From: an uncultured archaeon
GTDB taxonomy: Archaea > Thermoproteota > Bathyarchaeia > Bathyarchaeales > Bathycorpusculaceae
Length of the DNA stretch: 64,000 bases
Assembly: GCA_963810275.1 (NCBI GenBank)
Contig: CAWENF010000027.1
Coordinates: 1-64,000, forward strand
Reading direction: 5' to 3'
Shown here: positions 33,433 to 44,355 of the stretch, piece by piece
How positions within the stretch are numbered: position 1 is the stretch's first letter
How the letters are laid out: each line of letters begins with the position of its first letter
Translations under genes and position numbers: made by a program
The notes under the pieces: generated by a model
The model's database searches: none
Told to the model about the DNA's origin: nothing
Seen by the model: only the letters and a program-made list of their open reading frames with translations

Positions 33433-35773
33433 CTACCCGTTTACCCGATAGATTGCTGCTTCTTTGTTAATAAATACCAAGCTATATTGAGGGTCAAGGG
33501 TGAATTTAGGCTGTATACCTGGGTTTTTAAAAACAATCACGTAGGAAACTTGGCGGCAGCTCAATTGGGCGTGGTAATCGAATACAGTAAAGTCATCTTG
33601 ACCTGTAGTTTTAAGTTTCTGCATTTTATCTAGTTTTTCTGCAGAGTACAGCTGTATTAAGCCCGTATAGTCGAGGATTCCGTCGTTGATTTTCTCAATG
33701 TCTTTGTCTGTGTATTGGTATGTTCCAGCGTAGAAGCTAAACTCCACTGAAGACGCCAAATTGAGTTTGTACGTGAGGTATAGAGAATCAGAATTTGAAA
33801 TTTCCGCAGGGCGAGCCTCTGCACTGGGAAAACTCAACTGTGCCATCGTTTTCATGCCTATATCAACTAAGCCAACGTTTGAGTGGTCATCAGCGATGAA
33901 GGGTGCAATGCTACTTTTCGTGGCTATGCCGAACTGCAGTGTTACAAATCCAACTTCAGGTTTTACGGCGGTGAACCTTTCTGTTACATTTGCCAGAACA
34001 GATTCTGCGTACATAGTCACTTTCTGAGTGTAGTTGAAAAATGTGTTTCCATGCGTGACTACAATTGACTCCGAGTTAGCGGTACTCTCAAGGTGCATAT
34101 CCAGAACAGACATGTCGGAGATGTGGATGATTTCGGTGTCTTTTCCGTCTTGAAGGGTGACTATTGTATTAGTGTTATTGAAGTTGAAGAACGGGAACGG
34201 GTAGTATTCATTTCGGATTTTTGCTAAAAACTCTGGGTTATGCCGTCCCAGATAGCCACCGTCTTCTCTCACCTGCAAATACCCATTGTCAATCATGTAA
34301 TCCGTATCAAGGATATTTCTGGCAAACGTGGCGTTATCCACCTCACGGTTAAGCGACAGAAACTGCGGATCCACAGCACTTAAAGTCGGACGCTGGGCAA
34401 ATCCGCCAAGCCACCAGCCATACAAGGCGTCAGTGACAAACACAGCATTTCTTGCAGTGTTGTTTTTAGTCCACTGCAATGCCTCCCAACCCTGATTATC
34501 CATGGTCTGATAGAAACTCTGGATGCTCTCCCCAACATTGTTGTAGATAGGCGACATGAAAATCGGAAGCGCAACAAACGAGAAAATCAGAAAAGAAGCG
34601 GAGAAGATGGTGTAGATGTTTTTGTGTGCTAAGGCTTTGGCGATTTGGTTTGCGCGTTTGTTGACCGTTTTCTTGATGGGTTGAGCTTTCTGGCTTAGAG
34701 TTTGGTATGTGTCAATGATGTGGGCGAAGAACTCTGAGCCATAGTCGATGAGTACCGCAATAAACACCAAAAGCGGTAGAATTAGAAAGTAGAGGAAGCG
34801 GTTGTAGTCAAAGGGAAACTGTGCCAGATAGCCCTGCGTGAAGACGACGCACACTAACACCCAAACGGAAAGCAAAAACACGGGCAAAGTAAACCAGCTG
34901 TTATAAAAGCGTTTGGAGAATATGGCAAAAGCAGGGATTAACCCAAGCAGCGGCAAAACAATCGGTAATGGGCAAGACGCGGGTTGAGAGCGTGGCGTTG
35001 CCAATGTCACTTGCAGCTGAAGAGCCGGATAGATAGCTGCTTTCACCCAGATATGCTGGTATTGCCTCGGCAATGAAGGGCGCCACCAATACAGCGCCTA
35101 TTATGATGGGCAGCACCCAGTAGAGCGCCGTTTTCCTAGTGATGCCTAAATGCTTGGGGAACAGCAAGATGCCCAAAACAACGACTGCTGATATTATCAC
35201 AAATACGCCTGAGCTAAGCGAATGTGTTAGGAAAAGGGCGCCGACTATTATTGATGTGGAGGCTAAGTAGGGTAGCTTAGTGAAGCGTTCCCGCTCAAGG
35301 TAGAGGTAAAACGTCAACGGAATCAGCATTAAGGTTATAACATTAGGGTAGCCAGCCCACAGGAGCATTTCGATGTCAAAACGGGAAATCGCTGCTAAAA
35401 ACGCCACTAACAGCGCTGCTGACTCCGAGAAAACCTGTTTAGTAATCAGATAAGTGCACAGCACAAGAATTGAACTAAAAAGTGCTACAACCACACCCTG
35501 TGCCACAAACTCAGGCAACCCAGTAAGCATAAACATTGCAGACATGAAGATGTGGTAACCCGGAAAAGTCAGTGAAGGACCACCGCCAATGTGGAAAAAG
35601 TTGTAGAAATAATCCACGCCTCCCGAACCCGTAATTGAGTAAATCACGCTGTTATGTAATCCTATGTCGGCTCCCGGAGGGTATCCATCCCAAAAAATGA
35701 GCAGCATGCGGAATGCAAATGAAAAAATAAAGATAGTAGCCAGCAACAAATGCTTTCGATTTACGCCCCGCAT
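33433..35773 (-). CDS. GT-C-like multi-pass membrane glycosyltransferase (frameshift near 34970)
   Basis: GADIGLH, TFPGYH, WAGYPN, ALQWTKNNT...VTDALYGWW; same architecture as the adjacent gene. Confidence 0.65.
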
Positions 35774-35871
35774 TAACTTTCAGCCCTAATATGCATACTT
35801 TTAATTTGTTGGTAAAAGGTTAAATATGAATCTCGAGTATAAAAAGCCCAGAGTATCAACAAAGGAAAAAG

Positions 35872-36306
35872 GTGTTTAATATGTCGTGGCTAAAATCTAT
35901 GATGGAAAAAGAACCACCAGAACCAGAGAATCCATTAGGCATTGTCGTTATTGGTAACATTGAACCAGACATGCATGACACAGCCAAAGAAGCAGTACGC
36001 AGATCACTAAAACGCGCAGGCTTCAAAACCATCGATGTCGGAAAAAGTGTCGCACCACAGGTCTTCATTGACAAGGTAAAAGAAAACAACGCAAACCTAA
36101 TCGCACTCTCAGTCAACACTGTCCCAGCAAAGAACAACCTATCAAAACTAGACGAACTACTCAAAGCAGCAGGTCTGAAAGACAAAGTCGGCATCATCAT
36201 GGGCGGCGCAGCCGTTAAAAAAGAAGATGCTGATGCGTTTGGTGCACTCTTCGGCAAAAACAAAGAAGAAGCTCCAGAGCTGGCAAAGAAAGCAATTAAG
36301 CAATAA
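35872..36306 (+). CDS. Stand-alone cobalamin-binding (corrinoid) protein
   Basis: GNIEPDMHDTAK (DxHxxG variant), IDVG, IALS, IMGGA; no cap domain. Confidence 0.85.
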   Translation: MFNMSWLKSMMEKEPPEPENPLGIVVIGNIEPDMHDTAKEAVRRSLKRAGFKTIDVGKSVAPQVFIDKVKENNANLIALSVNTVPAKNNLSKLDELLKAAGLKDKVGIIMGGAAVKKEDADAFGALFGKNKEEAPELAKKAIKQ

Positions 36307-36325
36307 TCCATCAGAAGTGGAATAA

Positions 36326-37237
36326 ATGTCCTTTAAGTTCAACACAGAACAAAAAATATTCGAAATTGGGAATGCCAAAATTGGCGGTCAGCCAGGCGAA
36401 AACCCTACTTTCTTAATCGGTTCCATCTTCTGGTTAGGCCAAAAAATGGTTCAAGATGCAAACAAAGGCATCTTCGACGCCAAAGCTGCAGAAGATATAA
36501 TTAACCGGTGCCAAACACAAAGCGACATCACAGGCGTTAAGTTCGCTCTCGACATTGTTGGCACAACTGAAACCGCCTTCGAAAAATACATTGACTTCGT
36601 CCCCAATCACACTGACGCACCACTTATGCTTGACGCAATGAGTCCAAAGACCCGTATGGCTGCAGCAAACTTGGCAAAGAAAATGGGCTTAACCGACAGA
36701 TGCCTTTACAACTCAGTTTATAAAGGCGTTACAGACGCCGAATTAGCAAACCTTAAAGAAAGCGGCATCAAAATGTCAATTGTTCTCGCTGACGACCCCA
36801 AAGACACAACTCTCGAAGGCAAAATGAACGTTATCGTTGAAGCATTAGCCCTCGCAGAGAAAGGCGGAATCACCAAACCACTCATCGATACAGCAATCCC
36901 CGCATTCGAACCAGACATGGGCACATCCGTCAGAGCAATAACCATCATGAAGGAAAAGTATGGTTACCCAGTCGGATTAGGCAGCGGAAACGTTGTCACA
37001 ACCATGGGTTGGGTCAAAGCAAACTTTGAAAAACAATACCGCAAAGGCACAGTATGTTCAACAAACACCATCATGCAAATGGCCGGCGCAAACTGGCTCA
37101 TGATTGGTCCAGCTGAACAAGCTGAATGGGTGTTCCCAGCCGCAGCCATCACCGACACATACATTGCATCTGCAGCAGCTGACCTCGGAACAAGACCACT
37201 CGAAGAAACCCACCCAATCTACAAAGCTTTCCTGTAA
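36326..37237 (+). CDS. mtrH: Tetrahydromethanopterin S-methyltransferase subunit H family
   Basis: KIGGQPGENPTFLIGSIF, CLYNS, PLIDTA, GYPVGLG. Confidence 0.88.
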   Translation: MSFKFNTEQKIFEIGNAKIGGQPGENPTFLIGSIFWLGQKMVQDANKGIFDAKAAEDIINRCQTQSDITGVKFALDIVGTTETAFEKYIDFVPNHTDAPLMLDAMSPKTRMAAANLAKKMGLTDRCLYNSVYKGVTDAELANLKESGIKMSIVLADDPKDTTLEGKMNVIVEALALAEKGGITKPLIDTAIPAFEPDMGTSVRAITIMKEKYGYPVGLGSGNVVTTMGWVKANFEKQYRKGTVCSTNTIMQMAGANWLMIGPAEQAEWVFPAAAITDTYIASAAADLGTRPLEETHPIYKAFL

Positions 37238-37257
37238 AGCTTTTCCTTTTCTTTTCT

Positions 37258-37635
37258 TTGTTTAAAAAACTTGAAAGTGCCCCTTTGAAACCGCTAAGAT
37301 GGCTAGAAATCGTTGCAGGATACACTTTAGTGACGTTACTCGCCACACTCTTTGTAACCGCTGAACCGCTTATTTATGTGCGTTACATTTTGGGTTTCGT
37401 CTTCGTTGTGTTTCTGCCGGGGTATTGTTTGGTTAACATATTGTTTATTGGTAAAAACCGAATTGACTTCGTCGAGACTCTTGTGCTTTCTGTAGCGCTA
37501 AGTTTCAGTTTAACAGGCTTAATCGGGCTGTTTCTGGGTTTGTCACCCATCGGCATTGACTTTGCCTCCATCACTATATCGCTAAACGCCCTTGGTATTT
37601 GCTTTAGCCTCCGTGGCTTACATACGAAAAGTTAA
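37258..37635 (+). CDS. DUF1616-like membrane protein
   Basis: RYILGFVFVVFLPGY...ETLVLSVALS; 3' end possibly frameshifted. Confidence 0.7.
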   Translation: MFKKLESAPLKPLRWLEIVAGYTLVTLLATLFVTAEPLIYVRYILGFVFVVFLPGYCLVNILFIGKNRIDFVETLVLSVALSFSLTGLIGLFLGLSPIGIDFASITISLNALGICFSLRGLHTKS

Positions 37636-37642
37636 GGTGCCT

Positions 37643-39025
37643 CTACCAGTACTTCAAGTGCAGAGCTCTAAGCAGGTAAGCGCCTGACGTTTTAACCGCA
37701 GATTTCCCATAAGTCCCGCCCAACAGCATCATGTGCAGAACGTAGCCTGGTCGGAGGTAGAAGTCCTGGTATGCTTTAGCTCGTAACTCCGCAAGTTTTT
37801 CCATGCTTAACTGAGGGGTTTCGAAGGTTGGACCTGCGGTATCGTAGCGGTCAAAGTCTGTGACTCGTAGCCACCCGTTTTTGATGACTTCATCATACAT
37901 TGGCGTTCCCGGGTAGGGGGTGGCTATGTAGAAGCCTACGTCTTCGGGGTTTAGTGAAGAGACGAATTTGATGGTTTCTTTGGCTGTCTGCTCGGTTTCG
38001 CCCGGGAAGCCTAAGACAACATTGGCGATGGTCATTAAGCCGACTTGATGAGCAGTTTTGTAGGCTTGGCGGGTTTGTTCCAGTTTGATGCTCTTGTTCA
38101 TTTTGCCTAAAATCAGCTCTGAACCCGATTCGACGCCTAGCCAGACGGCGATGCATCCTGCGTTTTTCATGGTTTGCATGAGTTCTCGGTCTACCATGTC
38201 GACGCGGGTCCCGCAGTCCCAAATGAGTTTGAGGTTTCGTTTGTGGAGTTCACTGCAGATTTCCAGTACCCTGTTGCGGTCAACGCTAAACGCATCGTCG
38301 TAGAAGGTAACTTGGTCTACGCCGTACTTGTCGTGCACGTATTGCATTTCGTCCACAACGTTTTTGGCGCTACGCATACGGTAGCCTCTGCCGAACATGC
38401 GAACAGTGCTGCAGAAGTCGCACCAATACACGCAGCCTCTGCTGGAGACGAGTGGAAAGAGGATTTTGCCGTTATGTCGAAGGTTTTCCAGTGGCAGGAG
38501 ATGGTGCGCTGGGAATGGCAGGGCGTCAAGATCTTTTATGAAGGGACGGTCGGGGTTTCGGACGGTTTTGTCGTCATCACGGTAAGTTATGCCCAATATG
38601 CCTTTGAGGCTGCTTTGACCCTCAAGCTTCTCAGCCAATTCGAGAAGGGTTTCTTCTCCTTCGCGTCTGACTACGACATCAAGAGCTGAGTACTCTTTGA
38701 GGGCGTTTTCATCCCAGAACGTCCCATGTGAACCACCCAGAGCTGTTGTTGCTTGGGGCTGGACTTCCTTGGCAATGGTGATTAGTTTCATGGCGGATTT
38801 GTAGAGCAGCGTGGTGGCGGTTGCGCCTATGAGGTCGGAGGGTGTTTCTGCAAGGCGTGTGCGGAAGGTGTCATAGTTTAGGTGGTCAGCTTGGCAATCG
38901 ATGACGTTGACTTTGTGTCCTGCATTTTCGGCCACGGCGCCCAAGTATGCAAGTCCGAGCGGTATAAAGGGTGGGTGGCTGTGTACGCTTGGCGGGTATG
39001 GCGGGTTAACTAGAGTGATTTTCAT
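37643..39025 (-). CDS. Cobalamin-dependent radical SAM enzyme (class B-like)
   Basis: PLGLAYL, GGSHGT, RREGE, SRGCVYWCDFC, GVESGS, TPYPGT; ATG at 39025. Confidence 0.92.
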   Translation of the reverse strand: MKITLVNPPYPPSVHSHPPFIPLGLAYLGAVAENAGHKVNVIDCQADHLNYDTFRTRLAETPSDLIGATATTLLYKSAMKLITIAKEVQPQATTALGGSHGTFWDENALKEYSALDVVVRREGEETLLELAEKLEGQSSLKGILGITYRDDDKTVRNPDRPFIKDLDALPFPAHHLLPLENLRHNGKILFPLVSSRGCVYWCDFCSTVRMFGRGYRMRSAKNVVDEMQYVHDKYGVDQVTFYDDAFSVDRNRVLEICSELHKRNLKLIWDCGTRVDMVDRELMQTMKNAGCIAVWLGVESGSELILGKMNKSIKLEQTRQAYKTAHQVGLMTIANVVLGFPGETEQTAKETIKFVSSLNPEDVGFYIATPYPGTPMYDEVIKNGWLRVTDFDRYDTAGPTFETPQLSMEKLAELRAKAYQDFYLRPGYVLHMMLLGGTYGKSAVKTSGAYLLRALHLKYW

Positions 39026-39199
39026 GTGATTTGCCCCTTGACCTTTGTTTTTAATGTTGGAACCCATATAATGCTTTCTTAGTAGATGCAAAGTTTTAGG
39101 TTGTATGCTGTTTTTTTTTTAGTAAACAGCAACCGGGGCTGCGTTATCTCCACCTTAGAGACTAAGCAAGTTTTTGGCGTTTGCGTCCGGTTTGGGTTG

Positions 39200-40266
39200 T
39201 GCTGCCCATTGGTTAGTTGTAGAGATTTGTCCATATGGTTCTCAGAGGCGCTTTTCGGTTAGAACCTTCATGTCAACATTTACGAATTGCTTGAAAGCTT
39301 TCTTCCCATACTTCTTATCCAACATCTGCGTGTACTCTTAAAACGCCTTAAGCACTGGGGCACCTCCAAGTTTTTTTCTCAAACGTCATCTTCATAATCC
39401 ACCCTCTGCCCCGAAGATAACCCGTTCCCGCCGCTAAATTCTATTCTTTCAAACCTTGCTGCGCAATGCGTTCGCAGTGGATGCAATGTTCAGATAAAAT
39501 CTTGAATATGGTGCCTTGAACAAAACCCCAAATCGTCAGCGACTTCTCACTGCCTCTATTGGCGAAGTAGACTTCAGGGTCAACCACTAGTTTCTCCGTC
39601 TCAAATTTGCTGCGGCGACCAAAATCCGCAAAAACTAAATACATGCGCCTCAAAGTTTACAGTTTGTGCTTGATGAGCAAACGTGTCTTTTCCACTCATC
39701 TTTAACGAAGAATCAAACAAGGTCTTCAACAGCTTATGAACAGTTTTGAACGAGGCCGTTTCTTCCTCAGAGAACGGCAAGTTCTGAGGGAAATCAGTGA
39801 TTTTTACCTCAGACGTTAGTGCTTTTTCAGGTTCCACCAACTCGCTTTGCGGCAACTCTGCAAGAATAGCCTTCAAACGCCTTATCCCCTCGAAAGGCTC
39901 CACAAATATGATACTCTTCCTCAGACGCCACGCCAATTTTCGCCTTAATTTTCTCTCTGTTCCAAGGGCCAAGCGTATCCTTCAAAGTGTCACATTGAAA
40001 CCGAGTGCAATATCCGCAGTTACTTACATCCATCCCATTATGTGTGCGCATTCCCGTTTCAGGTATCTTCTGTTTGGGAGCTTGGATTGCCTTGGGATTT
40101 CTGCATCTGAGGTCTGGCATGTCACGCATGGAGTCTGAATCGGCATATACCCAAGAATGCTTTTAGTTTTGTTCTTTTAGCTTTCAAACTCTTCTTTAAT
40201 CATGCCTTTGCAGGGGTAAGGTTCCCACGGGCAAGCGCCATATTTTATGCCACATTTAGAAACCAT
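39200..40266 (-). pseudogene. Decayed DUF3795-like Cys-rich protein
   Basis: Fragments MVSKCGIKYGACPW, PCVTCQT, NCGYCTRFQCD and VEPFEGIRRL in different frames with an in-frame stop; 3' boundary approximate. Confidence 0.6.
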
Positions 40267-40399
40267 ATTCGGAATTTATCTTGTCTCCAAGAAAAATTGG
40301 GCGGGAAATTGATTAAAAGATTTTTTGTGGTAGATTCGTTATCCTATTTTTAGAGTACGCGCCTCATTTGATAAAATTGAAAACAAAAGAAAGGAAAAC

Positions 40400-41785
40400 T
40401 TAGGACAATTTGATGTGCATGGCTCTCAACGCATACGCTGCTGACGTTTTAAGTCCGCTCCGCCCGTACGTTCCGCCTCTGCGAATCATCTTGAGCATGT
40501 AAGCGGGACGCAGATAAAACTTCTGATGTGCTTTGTACTTGATTTCGCGGAGTTTCTCCATGCTCAAGTCTGGAGTTTCAAACGTAGGGGTTGCGGTGTC
40601 ATACTTGTTGAAGTCTGTAACTCGTAGCCAGCCGTTGTTGACTACTTCGTCGTACATTGGCGTGCCGGGGTAGGGTGTTGCGATGTAGCAGCCAATGTCA
40701 TCAGGATTTAGGCTGTTGATGAAGTTGATGGTTTCCCATGCTGTCTCTTCGGTTTCGCCTGGGAACCCAATGACGGCGCTTGCAATCGTCATCAACCCAG
40801 ATTTCTGGGATATTTTAAAGGCATCCTTGACTTGTTCACGGTTAATTTTCTTGTGCATCTTGTCTAAGATCTTGGTTGAGCCAGATTCAACGCCGTACCA
40901 AACGGTGATGCATCCTGCGTCATGCATATTCTCCAGCAGCTCCTTGTCTACTGCGTCGACGCGGGTTTCGCAGTCCCACTCCACATTGAGCCCACGTGCT
41001 TTAATGTCTGCGCAGAGCTCAAGGGTGTGGTTGCGGTTGATGGTGAATGCGTCGTCATAGAAGGTGAATTGGCTTTCACCGTACTTTTTGTTAAGCATCT
41101 CCATTTCGTCAACGACTTTGTGGGGGTTGCGGACGCGGTAGCCTCTGCCGAACATACGAACAGTGCTACAGAAGTCACACCATTGGACGCAGCCGCGGCT
41201 AGTGACTAATGGAAAGATGGTTTTGCCCATGCGGTGGAACGCGTCGATGGGCAGCAAGTGGTAAGCGGGTGAGGGTAAGCTGTCGAGATCCATGAGGAAG
41301 GGCCGATCGTCATGACGGATGATTTTGCCTTCTTCGCTGCGAATTGTAGTTCCCAAGACGCCTTTGAAGTTCTTCTTTTCCTGCATGCGTTTGAGGAGTT
41401 CGACGAATGTGGTTTCGCCTTCCCGTCTTACGATGACGTCTATTGATGGGCATTCGTTTAGGGCGTTTTCATCCCAAAAAGTTACGTGGCTGCCTCCTAT
41501 CATGGTGGTGGCGTCTGGGTGCTCCTCTTTGGCTGCTTCCATGATGCCTTTAGCAGAGTTGTACAGCAATGTAGTGGAGGTTACGCCGACGATGTCTGGA
41601 GATTCTTTGCTTATACGTTGCTGGAAGGTTTCGACTGTTAAATGTTCAGCTTGGCAGTCAATGACGTTAACTTCGTGTCCTTCCTTTTCTGCGACTGCTC
41701 CCAAGTAGGCGATGCCTAACGGAATGAAGGGTGGGTGAGCGTGAGCGTTAGGTGGATAGGGTGGGTTGACGAGGGTAACTTTCAC
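40400..41785 (-). CDS. Cobalamin-dependent radical SAM enzyme, paralog of 37643-39025
   Basis: HPPFIPLGIAYL, SRGCVQWCDFCSTVRMFGRGYR, GVESGS, TPYPGT. Confidence 0.92.
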   Translation of the reverse strand: MKVTLVNPPYPPNAHAHPPFIPLGIAYLGAVAEKEGHEVNVIDCQAEHLTVETFQQRISKESPDIVGVTSTTLLYNSAKGIMEAAKEEHPDATTMIGGSHVTFWDENALNECPSIDVIVRREGETTFVELLKRMQEKKNFKGVLGTTIRSEEGKIIRHDDRPFLMDLDSLPSPAYHLLPIDAFHRMGKTIFPLVTSRGCVQWCDFCSTVRMFGRGYRVRNPHKVVDEMEMLNKKYGESQFTFYDDAFTINRNHTLELCADIKARGLNVEWDCETRVDAVDKELLENMHDAGCITVWYGVESGSTKILDKMHKKINREQVKDAFKISQKSGLMTIASAVIGFPGETEETAWETINFINSLNPDDIGCYIATPYPGTPMYDEVVNNGWLRVTDFNKYDTATPTFETPDLSMEKLREIKYKAHQKFYLRPAYMLKMIRRGGTYGRSGLKTSAAYALRAMHIKLS

Positions 41786-41899
41786 ATGTATTCGCCCTTG
41801 ATAGTGTTGGATAAACGGTGGAACGCAATATAATGTTTACGTATTAGATTGGATAAGGTGTAAATTGCGTTTTCTACCAAAAAACTGTATGGAAAAAGC

Positions 41900-43064
41900 T
41901 AAAATCTGTTAGTCTACGCTTGAATCTTTATGCTCACTTTCCTCATCAACTGTGCCTTTTCTTTTTGCGCCTAAGAGTCATAAACGCCGCTGAAGCCCAG
42001 TAACCGCAGCTACCAAGCCCAAAGATACTAAAATAAAGTACATAGGCAACACGACAACAGTGCTTTGGCCGCTGATTGCTCCGTTTAGCTCCCTGTTACC
42101 CAACCAGCTTGCCTGCACCTGAATGTTGCCAGTAGCGGTCGGCAGCAAAATATAGCTGAAAGTTCCGTCAGGTTTGGTTTGCGCCGTTGCGATAGTCCGC
42201 CAGCAGTCATTGCCCCACTGCGTCTGCAATGTTACGTTTTCGTTGGGGGTTAACGGCTCAATTTTCCCAGTTATGACGAGTTCGGTGTGTTCAAGTGTGA
42301 ACGGCGCTGAAACATGGAGGTTTAAGTTGCTTGCGTCGAGTTCCCGCAATTTTGCCGATACCTGTCCGATGGAGGCCTGTTCAGTGTGGGGTAATCCGAC
42401 GATTTGCGCCGTCACGTTCTGGTAACCAGTTGGGCACTCTCCGATGCGCCATCCGTCCCTCCATTTACTGCCTGTGCATTCGCCGATGTAGTAGGTCGCA
42501 TTTTGATAAGTTACACTGTAAACGTCTACTCGGGCATCCGTGGGTGCACCTTCTATGTCGACAGCGATCTCCATGTGGTCGCTGCTCTTGATAGTGGAGG
42601 ATGACCACCGGGACACCGCCTGCCTCAAGTATGGATGCCGCAAAGTAGACAAAAAGGTCGCATTCTACGCTATTATCCACCATAATCTCCCCAAGGTACT
42701 TTCCAGGCAAGGTTTCCTAATAAGGAATCTGGTGCACCAACGCCAAGACGCCGTTAGCGAAGTCTTCGGTATTGTTTTAAATCTGCCACATTCTGTTCAA
42801 TATGGGTGTAAGAGCATAGGGCGAACGAACTTGGCGAAGTCGTCAGGTTGAAACACGAAGTGGTTCTGAATGGAATAATACTGATAGAGGCTGTATTATG
42901 GTAACGTTTAATTCGTAGTTCACAGGCTACCAGGGGATACTGGCAGTAGAAATGAAACTGCATAATCGTGTGGTTCCCCCTGCATTTTAGCTATAGGCGC
43001 CAGTGAGAGAATAACCAGTGATAATGTGGCGAAACATACAACTTGAAGACGCGGAATTTTCATT
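41900..43064 (-). pseudogene. Decayed secreted transglutaminase-like protein with Ig-like domain and TM anchor
   Basis: Signal peptide MKIPRLQVV..., LVHQIPY*, ECDLFVYFAASIL, DHMEIAV, IGECTG; several frameshifts and in-frame stops. Confidence 0.6.
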
Positions 43065-43136
43065 ATGCGATAGCCAGCTCAAGTGAACCTCTTAATGCAG
43101 CTGTGATTTAAATTGTTATTTCCCAAACCCGTCTTG

Positions 43137-43952
43137 TCAAGCTTCACCAAGGATTACGCCGTCGCCTGCCAAAATTAGCGCAGACAGTTCCCTTGCAGCT
43201 TTAGCCACAGATTGGAAAGGGTTTTTCTCCGCCGCATCTGTCATAGTTAAGTGAAGCTCCACTTTAGGTCTTACATCAGAACCCATCGGATGCGACTTAA
43301 CGTAAACCCCCACATTATCCGCCATTACTATATCGATTAACGGGGCAAGTTTAGACTCGATTTCCTCCACAAACAGACTCCTCTGAGCAAAAACCTCCGA
43401 ACCCGCAGCCTCCAAAATCCGAGGTGCAATAGTCTCTGTGAAGATAGCCCCCATCTCTTTTGGGATGCCGGGCAAAACATACAGCTCCGATTCTCCGATG
43501 ACCGCTCGCATGGCTGGCGCGGTGCCGATCGGGTTATCAACAACTTGAGCGTTTTTGGGCAGCATAGCCATCTTTAACCGTGGCGGATTCATCTGAAACT
43601 CTGTGGGTTCACCGCGTTCTTTGAAGTACTGTGCGATTCGAGTTTTAACGAACTTTAACGCCTCGGGATTCACAACCACCTTCTGCCCCAGTGCGACTGC
43701 GGCGGCCTGCATCGTTTTATCATCGAAAGTGGGTCCCAAGCCGCCTGTAGTGATTATGAAATGAGATTTTCGGGCTGCAGCCTCACGTATACATTCTGCT
43801 ATTGTGGGAATAACATCTGGGATGATGGTTTCCCGCTGAACTGACGCGCCCAGAGCTGTTATTTGCTGCGATAGCCAGTAGGCGTTGGTGTTTTGGATTT
43901 TCCCTATGAGCAGTTCGTTACCGATAGAGATGATTTCGACGTTTACAGTCAC
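43137..43952 (-). CDS. CinA N-terminal (molybdopterin-binding-like) protein
   Basis: IGNELLIG..NTNA, TTGGLGPTFDD, NPIGTAP, LPGIPKEM. Confidence 0.88.
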   Translation of the reverse strand: MTVNVEIISIGNELLIGKIQNTNAYWLSQQITALGASVQRETIIPDVIPTIAECIREAAARKSHFIITTGGLGPTFDDKTMQAAAVALGQKVVVNPEALKFVKTRIAQYFKERGEPTEFQMNPPRLKMAMLPKNAQVVDNPIGTAPAMRAVIGESELYVLPGIPKEMGAIFTETIAPRILEAAGSEVFAQRSLFVEEIESKLAPLIDIVMADNVGVYVKSHPMGSDVRPKVELHLTMTDAAEKNPFQSVAKAARELSALILAGDGVILGEA

Positions 43953-44060
43953 AGCTGTTACCTTCCTGACAATACATTAGCGCTGTGCTTTTATGCCTAT
44001 CCAAAAACGTGGTGCAGAGTCAACGCTAATAAAAGTATCCTGTGTCCAAATTGGGCAAAG

Positions 44061-44261
44061 CTACTTTTTGCTAAGGTACCATTTGAGGTATTCTTTGCGG
44101 CGGGCGGTTTTTGGGTCGTCATCGTCGAATCTTTGGCGTTTGTCTCGTTCGTCATTTAGCTCCTGACCTGTGCAGGATAAACCGCAGCTTTTACACACAT
44201 AGTTCTTGGTCAGCGAGATGTAATGCATTTCTCCACCGCATTCGGGACAATAATTAACCAT
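44061..44261 (-). CDS. Small zinc-ribbon protein
   Basis: CPECGG...CKSCG; C-terminal EYLKWYL. Confidence 0.7.
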   Translation of the reverse strand: MVNYCPECGGEMHYISLTKNYVCKSCGLSCTGQELNDERDKRQRFDDDDPKTARRKEYLKWYLSKK

Positions 44262-44355
44262 GTTGTTCAGCTCTATTTTCTGTATTACATCGCTTCTAGG
44301 CAGATATTAGTCTTCGCATGAGAAATTCTGATTTAAACCTAAAAAAAATGGACTT

